Shown: positions 9,797 to 20,056, counted from the stretch's first letter. The stretch: DNA of 64,000 nucleotides from Candidatus Latescibacterota bacterium (GCA_965222605.1 OZ244960.1:3872001-3936000); one strand, 5' to 3'. Notes: generated by a model from the sequence alone, not told the origin. Numbers and translations are program-made.

Positions 9797-10915
9797 GTGT
9801 TGAATCTAAAAATATGGATACAGATGATATGTTGTATCGGGGTTTGGACCATACCTGTTCAGGCGCAATTGTCTTTGCAATATGCGCAGGGTTTTCGCGT
9901 TGATTATTTCGATGCGTACAGGGTTGTAACAGTGCTCGCGTCCGGGAGTGGAACACAAAAAAAGTTTCAGTATATCCTGGTGCAGCGCGGGGATAAGTCG
10001 CCCGATGGCTATGAAGGTGTTCCGAGAATAGAAATTCCCGTGCGGACTGTGATTACGACATCCACGACGCATCTGCCACATATCGAAAAGCTCGGTGAGA
10101 TTCATAGCCTGATTGGGATTGATAATATCAAGTACGTCAGTTCAGAGGCTGTCAACCAGCGCTTTGCGGCGGGTAAGTTGGCCGAAGTTGGGCGAGATAG
10201 GTCTATTGATTTGGAAAAAGTTCTGGTGCTTCAACCCGATCTCGTTATTACAGATTCGCAAGCGCAAGATAATGCCCTTGTTGCACTTCAAGAAGCGGGT
10301 GTGCCCGTTGTGATTAACGCTGCATACGCGGAACCTTCTTTGCTGGGACGCGTGGAGTGGATCAAATTTGTGGGTACTTTTTTTGATAAAGAAGGGCTGG
10401 CATCGGCCCAATTTGATAGCATTGTTGCGAGGTATGAGGCGCGCAGAGCTTTGACCCAGAATTTGCCGGCAGATAAGCGTCCCACTGTTTTTGTGGGGTC
10501 TCTCTGGCGCGGAACCTGGTTTATGTCTGGAGGAAAAACTTATGCCGCACAGTTGCTCAGAGATGCAGGGGCAAATTATCTGTGGGCAGATGATGGTTCA
10601 CAACAGAGTTTGGCGCTCGATTTTGAAACGGTTTACGAAAAGGCGCACGATGCGGATTGCTGGATCACGATGCGCAATGCGTGGTATTCTCGAGACGATG
10701 TTGTTGCCGAGGACGCGCGTTACAGAAAATTCGCGGCGTTCAAGACGGGGAATGTTTTCAATGCCAATGCGCGTCTCAATGCGCACGGGGGCAATGATTA
10801 TTGGGAAACGGGGCTTATTGAGCCAGATGTTGTGTTGGCTGATATTATTAAAATTCTACATCCCGACCTGTTGTTAGACCATCAACTCAAGTATTATCGA
10901 AAGCTCGATCCATAG
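9797..10915 (+). CDS. Cobalamin/Fe-siderophore ABC transporter substrate-binding protein (BtuF-like)
   Basis: Signal peptide, YAQGF, IPVRTVITTSTT, EPSLLGRVEWIKF, NDYWETG..EPDVVLADII.ILHP; riboswitch context. Confidence 0.85.
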   Translation: MLNLKIWIQMICCIGVWTIPVQAQLSLQYAQGFRVDYFDAYRVVTVLASGSGTQKKFQYILVQRGDKSPDGYEGVPRIEIPVRTVITTSTTHLPHIEKLGEIHSLIGIDNIKYVSSEAVNQRFAAGKLAEVGRDRSIDLEKVLVLQPDLVITDSQAQDNALVALQEAGVPVVINAAYAEPSLLGRVEWIKFVGTFFDKEGLASAQFDSIVARYEARRALTQNLPADKRPTVFVGSLWRGTWFMSGGKTYAAQLLRDAGANYLWADDGSQQSLALDFETVYEKAHDADCWITMRNAWYSRDDVVAEDARYRKFAAFKTGNVFNANARLNAHGGNDYWETGLIEPDVVLADIIKILHPDLLLDHQLKYYRKLDP

Positions 10916-10918
10916 CTT

Positions 10919-13114
10919 ATGAAAACGATGCGTTTTTTAATTTTTTTGATTCTTTGCGCGAATACGCCGCTTTGGGCAGCACAGATTGTTGGTCGCGTTA
11001 CTGATGCGGAGACCCGAATGCCCATCGCAAGTGTGCGTGTTCGCGTTCTCAATACAGATTTTGCGACGCAGACAGATGAGAGCGGGCGCTTTGTTTTTTT
11101 TGATCTGATGCCCGGTACTTATACGCTTTCTGTGACACATGTGGCTTACGGTGTGGGTCAACGCACGGTCCGCGTGGCCGAAACGGCTGAGGTTTTTATT
11201 GCGCTGTCTCACAGGACGCTTCCCCTCGATGAGTTTTCGGTGATTGCCGATCCGATAGGGGCCAGCGATATTCACAGGAATCCGGCGTATGCGACGGTTA
11301 TTACGCGCGAAAGTTTTGAAGGTAGAGAAACATCTTTGCCCGATGTATTGGCTGAAGCTACGGGCGTACACGTCAAACGCCTGGGTGGGTTGGGCACTTT
11401 TAGCACGCTTTCATTGCGCGGTTCATCAGCCGATCAGGTTGAGGTTTATCTCGATGGCATTTTGCTCAATACCGCTTTTGGTGGGGGAGTAGATCTCAGC
11501 AATTTGCCTTTGGCTCACGTCGGACAGATTGAGGTGTATCGCGGTGCAGGTGCTGGCGGCAATGGACTGGGTGGTACTGTGCATGTGCGCACGCGACGGA
11601 CGCAAAGGCGATGGTTTCATGGGATTCGAGGATCTTGGGGTGCTCTTGATACGCGGTTGCTGAGTGGGGTGTTCGGAGGCGGGTTTGGTCAGTCGGAGTT
11701 TCTCGTTGTGGCTGATTATGCACATAGCGATAACGATTTTGCATTTCTCGATGATAATGGCACGGAATACAATGCCGATGACGATGTTTGGAGCAGACGT
11801 CAGAATAACGATCATCGATCTTTCAATTTGTTGGGCAAGTGGCGTCGCGCTTTTGGGGAGGATAGAATTTTATCCATCCACGAGACCGCGCACTGGAAAT
11901 ATCAGGGCATGCCCGGTATTAGCAATAATCAGTCGCAGAATGCACATTTGGACGCTTTCCAGACGATGACGGAGATCGCTTATGAAGATCGCGTTCTGTT
12001 GCGGGGCGTGAATACGCGGCAATCGCTTTATGTCACGCATGTCAAAGAGCGGTTCCGCGATCTGGATGGCGAAATCGGGATTGGTCGCCAGGATAACGAT
12101 TATCTCACGCGCACTTATGGGTGGCAGGGCCGTTTGCAAACGGTTTTGTTTTCGCGCTGTGATATCGCGGCTGCGATTGGTTTGCACAGGGAGACTTATT
12201 TGCCCACGACGCGCGTCCGGTCTGTCGCCAATTTGTTCGATAGTCAGCGGTGGATTTTTTCCGCACGCACGGGTCTCGATATTTCTTTGCCAGGTGAGAT
12301 CGGCATCTGGTCTTTTGGCGCGGAACAACGGCGGATATACAGTTCGTTTACGGGTGCCAGTCCTTTTAATTTTTCGCCGTTCGCGCCCGATTCGGCCAAT
12401 ACGCGCAATCTCACCAGTCTGCGCTCAGGTGTGCGGTTAGATCTGGCATCTCATCTGATGTTTAAGGCCAATGCGGGGCGCGTATTTCGAGTGCCCTCTT
12501 TTTACGAACTTTTTGGTGATCGCGGCGGTGTGGTCGGCAATGTCAATCTCAGGCCCGAGTATGGTCTCACGTGGGATGCGGGTCTGCGTTATGCAGATGG
12601 GATGACTACCTTAGAAAGCGCGTTTTTTGACCATCGCTATGAGGATTTGATCCAGTTTGTTCACACGTCACAGGCTACGTCGCGTCCGGTCAATATCGGC
12701 AAAGCGCGTGTGTATGGGGTTGAAATGACCGCGCAAAGACGCTTTGGTTCTCGGGTCGATCTGTCGGGTAATTACACGTATCAAAAAGCTACCGATAAGT
12801 CCAATATCCCCCATTTGAATGGCAATATTTTGCCCAATCGCCCGCCCCACGCACTATTTGTTCGTGCGACGATGCGCCTGGGGCGCTGTACTGTGTTTTA
12901 CGATTATACGTTTGAAGATGGCAATTTTCTCGATCGGGCGAATCGGCGTCCACTATTTTCGCGGCATGTTCACAATGCGGGCGTGAAAGTGGATACGAGA
13001 TTGGGGTTTCACATTGGATTGGAGGTGAAAAATTTAACCGGGGCACAAATCGCCGATACCTGGGGTTATCCGCTGCCGGGCCGCGCGTTTTTTTTGAGTG
13101 TGAATGCGGATTAG
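10919..13114 (+). CDS. TonB-dependent outer membrane receptor, probably for cobalamin (BtuB-like)
   Basis: Signal peptide, carboxypeptidase-regulatory-like N-domain, plug SLRGS...V.VYLDGI, FRVPSFYELF, YPLPGRAF; riboswitch context. Confidence 0.88.
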   Translation: MKTMRFLIFLILCANTPLWAAQIVGRVTDAETRMPIASVRVRVLNTDFATQTDESGRFVFFDLMPGTYTLSVTHVAYGVGQRTVRVAETAEVFIALSHRTLPLDEFSVIADPIGASDIHRNPAYATVITRESFEGRETSLPDVLAEATGVHVKRLGGLGTFSTLSLRGSSADQVEVYLDGILLNTAFGGGVDLSNLPLAHVGQIEVYRGAGAGGNGLGGTVHVRTRRTQRRWFHGIRGSWGALDTRLLSGVFGGGFGQSEFLVVADYAHSDNDFAFLDDNGTEYNADDDVWSRRQNNDHRSFNLLGKWRRAFGEDRILSIHETAHWKYQGMPGISNNQSQNAHLDAFQTMTEIAYEDRVLLRGVNTRQSLYVTHVKERFRDLDGEIGIGRQDNDYLTRTYGWQGRLQTVLFSRCDIAAAIGLHRETYLPTTRVRSVANLFDSQRWIFSARTGLDISLPGEIGIWSFGAEQRRIYSSFTGASPFNFSPFAPDSANTRNLTSLRSGVRLDLASHLMFKANAGRVFRVPSFYELFGDRGGVVGNVNLRPEYGLTWDAGLRYADGMTTLESAFFDHRYEDLIQFVHTSQATSRPVNIGKARVYGVEMTAQRRFGSRVDLSGNYTYQKATDKSNIPHLNGNILPNRPPHALFVRATMRLGRCTVFYDYTFEDGNFLDRANRRPLFSRHVHNAGVKVDTRLGFHIGLEVKNLTGAQIADTWGYPLPGRAFFLSVNAD

Positions 13115-13153
13115 GTGGATGAAAGGTTCTTTTTTACGCAAGAGGAGGATGTG

Positions 13154-14386
13154 ATGAGATGGTTTTTAGTTGTTCTGTTTTTTGCATCAGAAGCACTGGC
13201 AAATCAGGCGGTTATTACGACGACGGATTATAGCAGTGGTAGTTTTTCGAGTATGGATCTCAGCACAAATACGGCAACGCACGATCATTTGACTATTCAC
13301 TCGGATGCGGCGGTGCGGACGTATCGGGATAAGGTGTATATTCTCAATCGTTTGAGACAGGATAATGTGATTGTTTTGAGTCGCAGTGATCTGAAGACGC
13401 CATTGACACAGTATTCGACGGGCAATGGTTCAAATCCGCACGATATGGCTTTTGTCAGTGAGGAGAAAGCGTATATTTCGCGGTATGAGCGCACGCAATT
13501 GCTAATAGTAAATCCCATTACGGGCGATTCACTGGGTGCGGTAGATTTATCGGCATTTGCAGATGCGGATGGTTTGCCCGAGATGAATCAGCTTGCGCTG
13601 TATGACAATTATTTGTTTGTCGCGTGTCAACGGCTGGATCGAGATAATGGATTTGTGCCGACGGATGTTTCGGTGATTGCGGTTGTCGATGTGATGACGG
13701 ATCAGGTGGTGGATGTGGATGCAAATACAGCGGGTGTGCAGGGGATTGTGATGGCGGGTAAGAATTCCGTGAGTGCAGATCAGCGGCATGACAAATGGAT
13801 TTTGAGCACTGTCAATTCATTTTCAGACTTCACCGATGGGGGTATTGAAGTTGTTGATTTGGAAAATTTGAGGAGCGAAGGTATTGTTATTGATGAGATA
13901 GCTTTGGGCGGCAATACAAATTCTTTAGCGATGATTTCTGACAACAAGGGGTATGTTGTTGTTTCAGATGCGAACTTTGTCAATGAGGTGAAAATTTTTG
14001 ATCTGACGAGGCAGTCTGTATCATCGCGTTTAAGCGGTGTCTCTGGTGGTTATATACCTGATTTGGGCGTATTCGGAGGGCGGTTGTACGTTTTGGATCA
14101 AGGGAGTTTTGTCGATCCGACATCTGCTGGGGTGCGGGTCTATGATGTGAAGACGGATCAGCTTGTGGCCGGTCCGATCAGTACGGGGCTGCCGCCTTCG
14201 GGTATTGCATTTGTGGGCAGTGTGGCTGATTTTAATGGCGATTGTGTGGTTGATTTTAGCGATTTTTTGGCTTTTGCTTCCGCGTTTGGGAAAATAGAGA
14301 GCGATGTCAGGTTCGATTTAAACGGCAATGGTTCGGTTGATTTTCCCGATTTTCTGATTTTTGTTTCGGAATTTGAAGGTGAATAA
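13154..14386 (+). CDS. Secreted beta-propeller (BtuG/YncE-like) with C-terminal dockerin-like double EF-hand
   Basis: Signal peptide, repeated blades ([18 protein letters not shown]), tail [17 protein letters not shown]...[17 protein letters not shown]. Confidence 0.7.
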   Translation: MRWFLVVLFFASEALANQAVITTTDYSSGSFSSMDLSTNTATHDHLTIHSDAAVRTYRDKVYILNRLRQDNVIVLSRSDLKTPLTQYSTGNGSNPHDMAFVSEEKAYISRYERTQLLIVNPITGDSLGAVDLSAFADADGLPEMNQLALYDNYLFVACQRLDRDNGFVPTDVSVIAVVDVMTDQVVDVDANTAGVQGIVMAGKNSVSADQRHDKWILSTVNSFSDFTDGGIEVVDLENLRSEGIVIDEIALGGNTNSLAMISDNKGYVVVSDANFVNEVKIFDLTRQSVSSRLSGVSGGYIPDLGVFGGRLYVLDQGSFVDPTSAGVRVYDVKTDQLVAGPISTGLPPSGIAFVGSVADFNGDCVVDFSDFLAFASAFGKIESDVRFDLNGNGSVDFPDFLIFVSEFEGE

Positions 14387-14415
14387 AAGCCTTTATTTTC
14401 GTTAGAGAGGTTTCT

Positions 14416-14976
14416 ATGAGTGCCAGAAAAGAGACAGAACGCAAGCGGCATGTGAAAAAGGGTCTGGTGATGGTCAATACCGGAGATGGTAAGGGTAAGA
14501 CCACAGCCGCGCTGGGGGTGATGACCCGCGCATGGGGGCGCAAGATGCGCGTGGGCGTGATTCAGTTTTTGAAGCATGAGAATGCCAATTTTGGCGAGAT
14601 TCGCGCGGCCAGGCGCATGGAGATCGATTGGATTGGTACGGGCGATGGGTGGACGTGGACGAGTAAGGATATAGATGAGACACAGGCTCGGGCATTGCGC
14701 GGCTGGGAAGTGGCGCAGGAGCGGATTGTTAGCGGGAATTACGATCTGTTTATTTTGGATGAGTTTACGTATTTGATGGCTTTTGGCTGGTTGGATGCGA
14801 CAGAGGTGGTGGCGTGGTTGCGAGAGCACAAGCCCGAGATGTTGCATGTGATTATTACAGGACGCGATGCGCCAGACGAGTTGATGGATTTTGCCGATAT
14901 GGTGACTGAAATGCGCGAGATTAAGCATCCGTTTAGTGATCAGGGTATTGTTGCTCAACCCGGGATTGATTTTTAA
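14416..14976 (+). CDS. cobO: Cob(I)alamin adenosyltransferase (CobO/BtuR)
   Basis: [52 protein letters not shown]. Confidence 0.93.
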   Translation: MSARKETERKRHVKKGLVMVNTGDGKGKTTAALGVMTRAWGRKMRVGVIQFLKHENANFGEIRAARRMEIDWIGTGDGWTWTSKDIDETQARALRGWEVAQERIVSGNYDLFILDEFTYLMAFGWLDATEVVAWLREHKPEMLHVIITGRDAPDELMDFADMVTEMREIKHPFSDQGIVAQPGIDF

Positions 14977-15033
14977 GATGGATGAGTTTATCGATGCTGG
15001 CGGTTTTATATGTGTTCCTAATTCCAGAGGTAT

Positions 15034-16044
15034 GTGGTGGTTGAAGCGATTCTTAAAACACAAAATCTCGCTGTGGGTTATAAACACGGTCGTCGTTCAT
15101 CTCGCGTTGTGGCTCGCAATATAGATGTGTCGCTCCGCCGTGGTGAATTTGTGTGTTTGCTGGGTCCCAATGGTGCGGGCAAATCCACGCTTATACGCAC
15201 GCTTGTGGGGATGCAGCCGCCGCTCGATGGGCATGTTTATCTTATGGGTAGAGATATCGCGGATATGTCTGCAACAGAAGTTGCACAGGTGCTCAGCGTG
15301 GTGCTCACAGATCGCATTAGTGTTGGTATTATGGCTGTGCGCGATTTGGTCGGTCTGGGGCGATATCCCCATACGGATTGGATCGGACGCTTTACCGATG
15401 AAGATGAACGGGTTGTTTCCTGGGCGATTCGGGCGGCCCGCGCTGAGGATTTGGCATATCGCAATGTGGCAGAACTCAGCGATGGCGAGCGTCAAAAGGT
15501 TATGATTGCACGCGCGCTGGCGCAGCAGCCCGATCTTATGATTCTGGATGAACCTACGGCTTTTCTCGATTTGCCGCGCCGCGCTGAAATCATGGCTTTG
15601 TTACAAGATCTGGCACATTCTACGGGTAAGGCGATTTTGCTTTCAACACACGATTTGGATCTGGCGCTGCGCTGTGCAGACCGTATCTATCTTTTGCCGT
15701 TTGAGGGCGCGTTGCAGACCGGTGCGCCTGAGGATTTAATTCTCAATGGTGCATTTGAAGGTGCGTTTCAGAGTGATGGCGTGCGTTTTGACGCAGATAC
15801 GGGTGCGTTTAAGCTCAATGCACAACGGGGCCGCGCCTCAGTTGCTGTTTCTGGGGAAGGGCGACGCGCGTATTGGACAAAGCGCGCGCTGGAGAGGGCC
15901 GGGTTTCGAGTGAGAGATGCGGGGGCTGAGTGGTGTGTCGATATTCGCGAAGGTGATACCTGGTGTGTTGAGCACAGTGGATCAGTTCGGGAATACGATT
16001 CTATTTGCGATTTGATTGCGGCACTGAAAAGCGATCATGGATGA
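15034..16044 (+). CDS. ABC transporter ATP-binding protein (BtuD/FecE-like)
   Basis: GPNGAGKST, LSDGERQK, LDEPTAFLD, STHDLD. Confidence 0.92.
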   Translation: MVVEAILKTQNLAVGYKHGRRSSRVVARNIDVSLRRGEFVCLLGPNGAGKSTLIRTLVGMQPPLDGHVYLMGRDIADMSATEVAQVLSVVLTDRISVGIMAVRDLVGLGRYPHTDWIGRFTDEDERVVSWAIRAARAEDLAYRNVAELSDGERQKVMIARALAQQPDLMILDEPTAFLDLPRRAEIMALLQDLAHSTGKAILLSTHDLDLALRCADRIYLLPFEGALQTGAPEDLILNGAFEGAFQSDGVRFDADTGAFKLNAQRGRASVAVSGEGRRAYWTKRALERAGFRVRDAGAEWCVDIREGDTWCVEHSGSVREYDSICDLIAALKSDHG

Positions 16045-17127
16045 ATGGGGGTGATCGGGATGGAGGCTCAAAACAAGGATGAAGCGCGAGGAGGATCGCG
16101 GCGTGCGGTTATTGTGCTGGGGTTATTTTTTCTGCTCCTGATCGCGTTCGGTTTGAGTTTGTCGCTGGGGTCGGTTCGTATTCCATTCGCAGGTTTGTTT
16201 GGCATTCTTACGGGTGGAGAAGTGTCTTCTCCGGCATGGGCGATTATTGTTCATACAATTCGACTGCCCAAGGCGATGACCGCTGTGTTGGCGGGTGCGG
16301 CGCTTTCTGTGAGTGGGTTGCAGATGCAAACGCTTTTTCGCAATCCGCTGGCAGATCCTTTTGTGCTGGGTATCAGTGCTGGCGCGAGTCTCGGCGTTGC
16401 TATTGTGGTGCTGACGGTGGGTTCGATTGGTAGTGCGCTTATCGCGGGGTTGGGTTTTCTGGGCGATTTGAGTTTGGCTGTTGCGGCTATTATAGGTGCT
16501 GCCACTGTGTTGGGGTGCGTGCTGCTAATTTCTCGCAGTGTGCAGAGTGTGATGACGTTGCTGATTTTGGGTCTGATGTTTGGGTATGCGACCGGAGCTT
16601 TTGTCAGTATTTTGATTTATTTTAGCGTTCCCGAACAAATTCAGTCGTATATTTTGTGGACTTTTGGCAGTTTTGGGAGTGTGACATGGCGACAGATGCC
16701 CGTGCTTGTCTCTGCTATTTTTTTGGGGCTTTTGCTGGCGTTTTTGTGTATTAAACCGCTCAATGCGCTTTTGCTCGGGGAAAATTATGCGCGCAGTATG
16801 GGTCTGAATGTCAAGCGCATCCGATTATGGATTTTGATCAGTGCATCGATTCTGACGGGCGCGACCACTGCTTTTTGTGGTCCGATTGCGTTTTTGGGTC
16901 TGGCTGTGCCGCATCTTTGTCGCAGTTTGTTGCATACGTCGGATCACCGCGTGCTTATGCCTGCGGTCACTTGTCTGGGGGCGACGCTGGCACTGCTATC
17001 CGATTTGATTGCCCATTTGCCGGGGAGTCAATTTGTTTTGCCGCTGAATGCAGTGACGTCCCTGATTGGCGCACCAATTGTAATCTGGTTTATTCTGTAT
17101 CGCAAAAATTTGAGTCAGGCGTTTTAG
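16045..17127 (+). CDS. FecCD/BtuC-family ABC permease
   Basis: IRLPKA, GLQMQTLFRNPLADPFVLGISAGA, LLLGENYARSMG, GPIAFLGLAVPH; start may be 16060. Confidence 0.92.
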   Translation: MGVIGMEAQNKDEARGGSRRAVIVLGLFFLLLIAFGLSLSLGSVRIPFAGLFGILTGGEVSSPAWAIIVHTIRLPKAMTAVLAGAALSVSGLQMQTLFRNPLADPFVLGISAGASLGVAIVVLTVGSIGSALIAGLGFLGDLSLAVAAIIGAATVLGCVLLISRSVQSVMTLLILGLMFGYATGAFVSILIYFSVPEQIQSYILWTFGSFGSVTWRQMPVLVSAIFLGLLLAFLCIKPLNALLLGENYARSMGLNVKRIRLWILISASILTGATTAFCGPIAFLGLAVPHLCRSLLHTSDHRVLMPAVTCLGATLALLSDLIAHLPGSQFVLPLNAVTSLIGAPIVIWFILYRKNLSQAF

Positions 17128-17135
17128 TATGGATA

Positions 17136-17924
17136 TTAATTATTCGGACTTTGCTCGAGGGTTTCCAGCCAGCGATAGCCGTAGGTTGGGATGTTGGATG
17201 ACGGTGGGGTTGTGCTGCTGGTAAACATGTTGAATCGCTCGGCTCGCAGACGGTAGCTATAGTTGTGCCAGGGCTGGAAGTTCACGATTTCACTGCGGAA
17301 GGCTTCGCCATTGACGACGTTGCAGTACACGGGGTAGTTGTCGTCGCATCTGGTTCTGTGAGGTCCTACGGTTATTTCTTCTTCTGTGCCCGTCACTTCA
17401 GTTTTTGAGACTATTTCAGTCAATACGTATCGGCCATCGCTGTATTGGTTTGCGTTGAGGGTATAGTGATAACCGGTTTCGTAATCAAAGTTGGTGATGA
17501 TATCGTCGTATGGTACACCGTTAATCAGCAGGCAAAAGTCGTCTATTTGCACACATTTTACTCGCGTTGGTCCCACAGATAAGGTTGCAGGAGTGGATGG
17601 CGCGCGGGTTTTTTCCAGTTGTTCCAGCAGGCGATAACTGTATTGGCCGGCATCCTGCGGCGGTTCTTCTCCATCCCAGGGGTCGTATTTGCCGATTCGC
17701 AGACGATAGTTGTAGCCCGCTTCGAAGTTGAAGCCCTCAATGCCGTCGTAGAATAATGAGCCGTCAACTACCATGCAAGACTGTTCGCCCACGCCATAGC
17801 ATCTGGCCAGGGCTGGGCCGACGGTTACTTCCCGTATCTCAATGTATTCGGAATTGGTCGGATCCAACGGAACTTCACAGGCAGTAAGGAACAGAGCGAA
17901 GAGGAAAAACCATCTGGTGAGCAT
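17136..17924 (-). CDS. Lipoprotein with three tandem DUF4377-like domains
   Basis: Lipobox LTAC; three repeats of VGP...C...C..V.G...I.(G/N)F..E.GY.Y.L. Confidence 0.7.
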   Translation of the reverse strand: MLTRWFFLFALFLTACEVPLDPTNSEYIEIREVTVGPALARCYGVGEQSCMVVDGSLFYDGIEGFNFEAGYNYRLRIGKYDPWDGEEPPQDAGQYSYRLLEQLEKTRAPSTPATLSVGPTRVKCVQIDDFCLLINGVPYDDIITNFDYETGYHYTLNANQYSDGRYVLTEIVSKTEVTGTEEEITVGPHRTRCDDNYPVYCNVVNGEAFRSEIVNFQPWHNYSYRLRAERFNMFTSSTTPPSSNIPTYGYRWLETLEQSPNN

Positions 17925-18125
17925 TGGATTACTCCTTTTTGTACGGCGCGGTAACGGTTTACGATATTAAACATCGTGAAGGGCAAATGGGTTCCTTTAT
18001 ATGAACATTGATTGACTTTCTGAGGTCAGTCCCTTAAATTTTCTTCTCAGAAGAAATACAGTCTCACGCTTGCCGAAATGATGAAAGAAAAGTAAATTTT
18101 GCAGCAGAAACGAAGGAGGTTCACC

Positions 18126-18368
18126 GTGGCTGAAACAATGCTCGAAGAAGATGGTCACCTGCTTTTGCCGCAAGAAATAAGGGAGCATCTACATCTCCAT
18201 CCAGGAGACAGATTGAATATTGTTATTCAAAACAATGGAGATGTGGTTATAAAATCAAATCTGCGAGATGTTCGGGATTTGAAAGGTATTTTGCCCCCTC
18301 CCTCTAAGCCGGTCTCTATTGAGGATATGAAACGGGCTATTCGTTTGCGAGGTAGTAAAAATCAATGA
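18126..18368 (+). CDS. AbrB/MazE-family antitoxin (VapB-like)
   Basis: G.LLLPQEIRE.L.L.PGDRL...DLKGIL...VSIEDM..AI; RBS GGAGG before GTG. Confidence 0.85.
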   Translation: MAETMLEEDGHLLLPQEIREHLHLHPGDRLNIVIQNNGDVVIKSNLRDVRDLKGILPPPSKPVSIEDMKRAIRLRGSKNQ

Positions 18369-18751
18369 TGGGCTTGGATACCAATGTACTCGTTCGTTAT
18401 CTTACGCAAGATGATCCTGAACAATCGAGAATCGCAACACGCGAAATTGAGACAGATAACGTCTCCTTTTTCATCACATCCATGGGCATGTGCGAACTTG
18501 TTTGGGTGCTGGAAACGGCATATAATTATGACAGATCAACGATTTCAGACACACTTAAAAAAATACTTCAAACACGTCAATTCGCTTTTGACGATAGAGC
18601 ATTGATGGAGAAAGCACTGGCTGATTATAAAAAAAATAAAGAGGGTTTTTCGGATTATCTACTTGGTCATGAAAGCAAACAAGCTGGATGTGATAAAACA
18701 CTTACATTTGATCGTGCGCTGAAAAATCACGCGCTATTTCAAACCCTTTGA
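18365..18751 (+). CDS. vapC: PIN-domain toxin (VapC)
   Basis: GLDTNVLVRYL..DDPEQ, ELVWVL, FSDYL, TFD; ATGA overlap with the antitoxin. Confidence 0.9.
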   Translation: MMGLDTNVLVRYLTQDDPEQSRIATREIETDNVSFFITSMGMCELVWVLETAYNYDRSTISDTLKKILQTRQFAFDDRALMEKALADYKKNKEGFSDYLLGHESKQAGCDKTLTFDRALKNHALFQTL

Positions 18752-18767
18752 AAATCGGGAGTTTGTT

Positions 18768-19031
18768 GTGTCACTCATCACAGTAACCCTTGATACCGAT
18801 CTGGCAGTTCTGTTGCAGGAACTTAATCAGCCTATTCAAGAAACGGCTCGTGAGATGATTATTCTGGAGCTATATCGTCGAGGAAGTATATCCAGTGGCA
18901 AAGCGGCTCAATTATTGGACATGTCACGCTGGGAATTTATTCAGCATGCATCTCAATTGGGCATTGCTTTTTTTGATCTCAATGCGGAGGAATGGAAGCG
19001 CGAACGACTTCAGGCTGATGAGACTGAGTAA
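18768..19031 (+). CDS. UPF0175-family antitoxin-like protein
   Basis: ELYRRGSISSGKAAQLLDMSRWEFI. Confidence 0.85.
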   Translation: MSLITVTLDTDLAVLLQELNQPIQETAREMIILELYRRGSISSGKAAQLLDMSRWEFIQHASQLGIAFFDLNAEEWKRERLQADETE

Positions 19032-19136
19032 TTGATATTACGCACGGATGCATGTCACTGTTGGAATAAGATGGGATATTTTGTATATTTAAGAGGTCAA
19101 AAAGCCTGGTTTAATTATTAAAGGCACAATATTGAG

Positions 19137-19415
19137 ATGAATCTACACACCAAACATCCACTCGTCAAAGCCCTGGTTGCCGTATTGCTCGTTGGCGCGT
19201 TTGCCTTTGGATTTGGGCATGTGGTTGACCATGTTGAGCATGGTATCCATTGTGTTGTTTGCGATTGGGTTTATAGCTTTTTGGGTCTTATCAGTGCCAT
19301 AGTTGTTTTTGGTGCGTTATACGCCTGTTGTTTTTTCGCTTCGCCGAACGCCACATTAGTATCCCACCAGTTTTTCCTCTCGCCTCAGGGCCGATCCCCT
19401 CCGGTAGTCTCCTGA
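19137..19415 (+). CDS. DUF2946-like membrane leader protein (HCxxC and C-terminal RSPP)
   Basis: TM1-HVVDHVEHGIHCVVC-TM2...PQGRSPPVVS, upstream of a lipoprotein and TonB receptor. Confidence 0.7.
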   Translation: MNLHTKHPLVKALVAVLLVGAFAFGFGHVVDHVEHGIHCVVCDWVYSFLGLISAIVVFGALYACCFFASPNATLVSHQFFLSPQGRSPPVVS

Positions 19416-19557
19416 ATCTCGTAAGACAAACTTTTGCATTATCTTTTCATTTTTTGTATTTTTACGCCTTTTTTGCGAGCGCGGGCAGTGTGTCTTCCTC
19501 TGTGTGCTCTGCCCGTGCGGGCTGTACAGGTGATTTTACCATTCAGGAGACTGTATC

Positions 19558-20049
19558 ATGTTTTTTGCAAGAAAAACGTTTCAACGCACTTTTGCCGTTG
19601 TGGCAGTTCTGACTCTGTTTGTGATTGGTTGTGGCAGCGAAGATCCCATGTCTGAACACGAAGAACATTTCGAACCCGAGGGTCTGGTTCTCATAGATTC
19701 GGGCAATCGGTTTTTCCGCTATTTTCAAGGACAGATTGATGCCAGTGGTGGTCGGGTAGGCGAACTCGAAGTTCCCAATGGTGGACTTACCGCTCAATGG
19801 AGCATTCGGTTCCTCGATGAAGATGGCGACGAAATTGATCCACCGGATGAGCCAGATGACAAATTTACCTCGACCATTGCCGATCCCACTGTTGTCGAAG
19901 TTTATCAGGCTCCCGCAGATGTGGGAAAATTTGAATTCCAGCTGCGCGGCCTCAAGGTAGGCGAAACCACTATTGTCCTCGAAGTCACGCACGACGATCA
20001 TATAGATTTTCGCACGGTCCCCATTCCCGTGCGTGTCGTAGATCAGTAA
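19558..20049 (+). CDS. His/acidic-rich lipoprotein, probable metal-uptake accessory
   Basis: Lipobox VIGC, EHEEHFEPEG, HDDHIDFRT; RBS AGGAG. Confidence 0.7.
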   Translation: MFFARKTFQRTFAVVAVLTLFVIGCGSEDPMSEHEEHFEPEGLVLIDSGNRFFRYFQGQIDASGGRVGELEVPNGGLTAQWSIRFLDEDGDEIDPPDEPDDKFTSTIADPTVVEVYQAPADVGKFEFQLRGLKVGETTIVLEVTHDDHIDFRTVPIPVRVVDQ

Positions 20050-20056
20050 CTGTCTT

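Noticed and set aside
9492-9956. 154-aa minus-strand ORF
   Set aside because: It is the antisense reading of the cobalamin riboswitch and the btuF-like start
14158-15087. Long antisense ORFs (also 4325-5065, 5793-6491, 28049-28675, 62506-63288)
   Set aside because: They shadow well-supported genes on the opposite strand and carry no recognisable motifs
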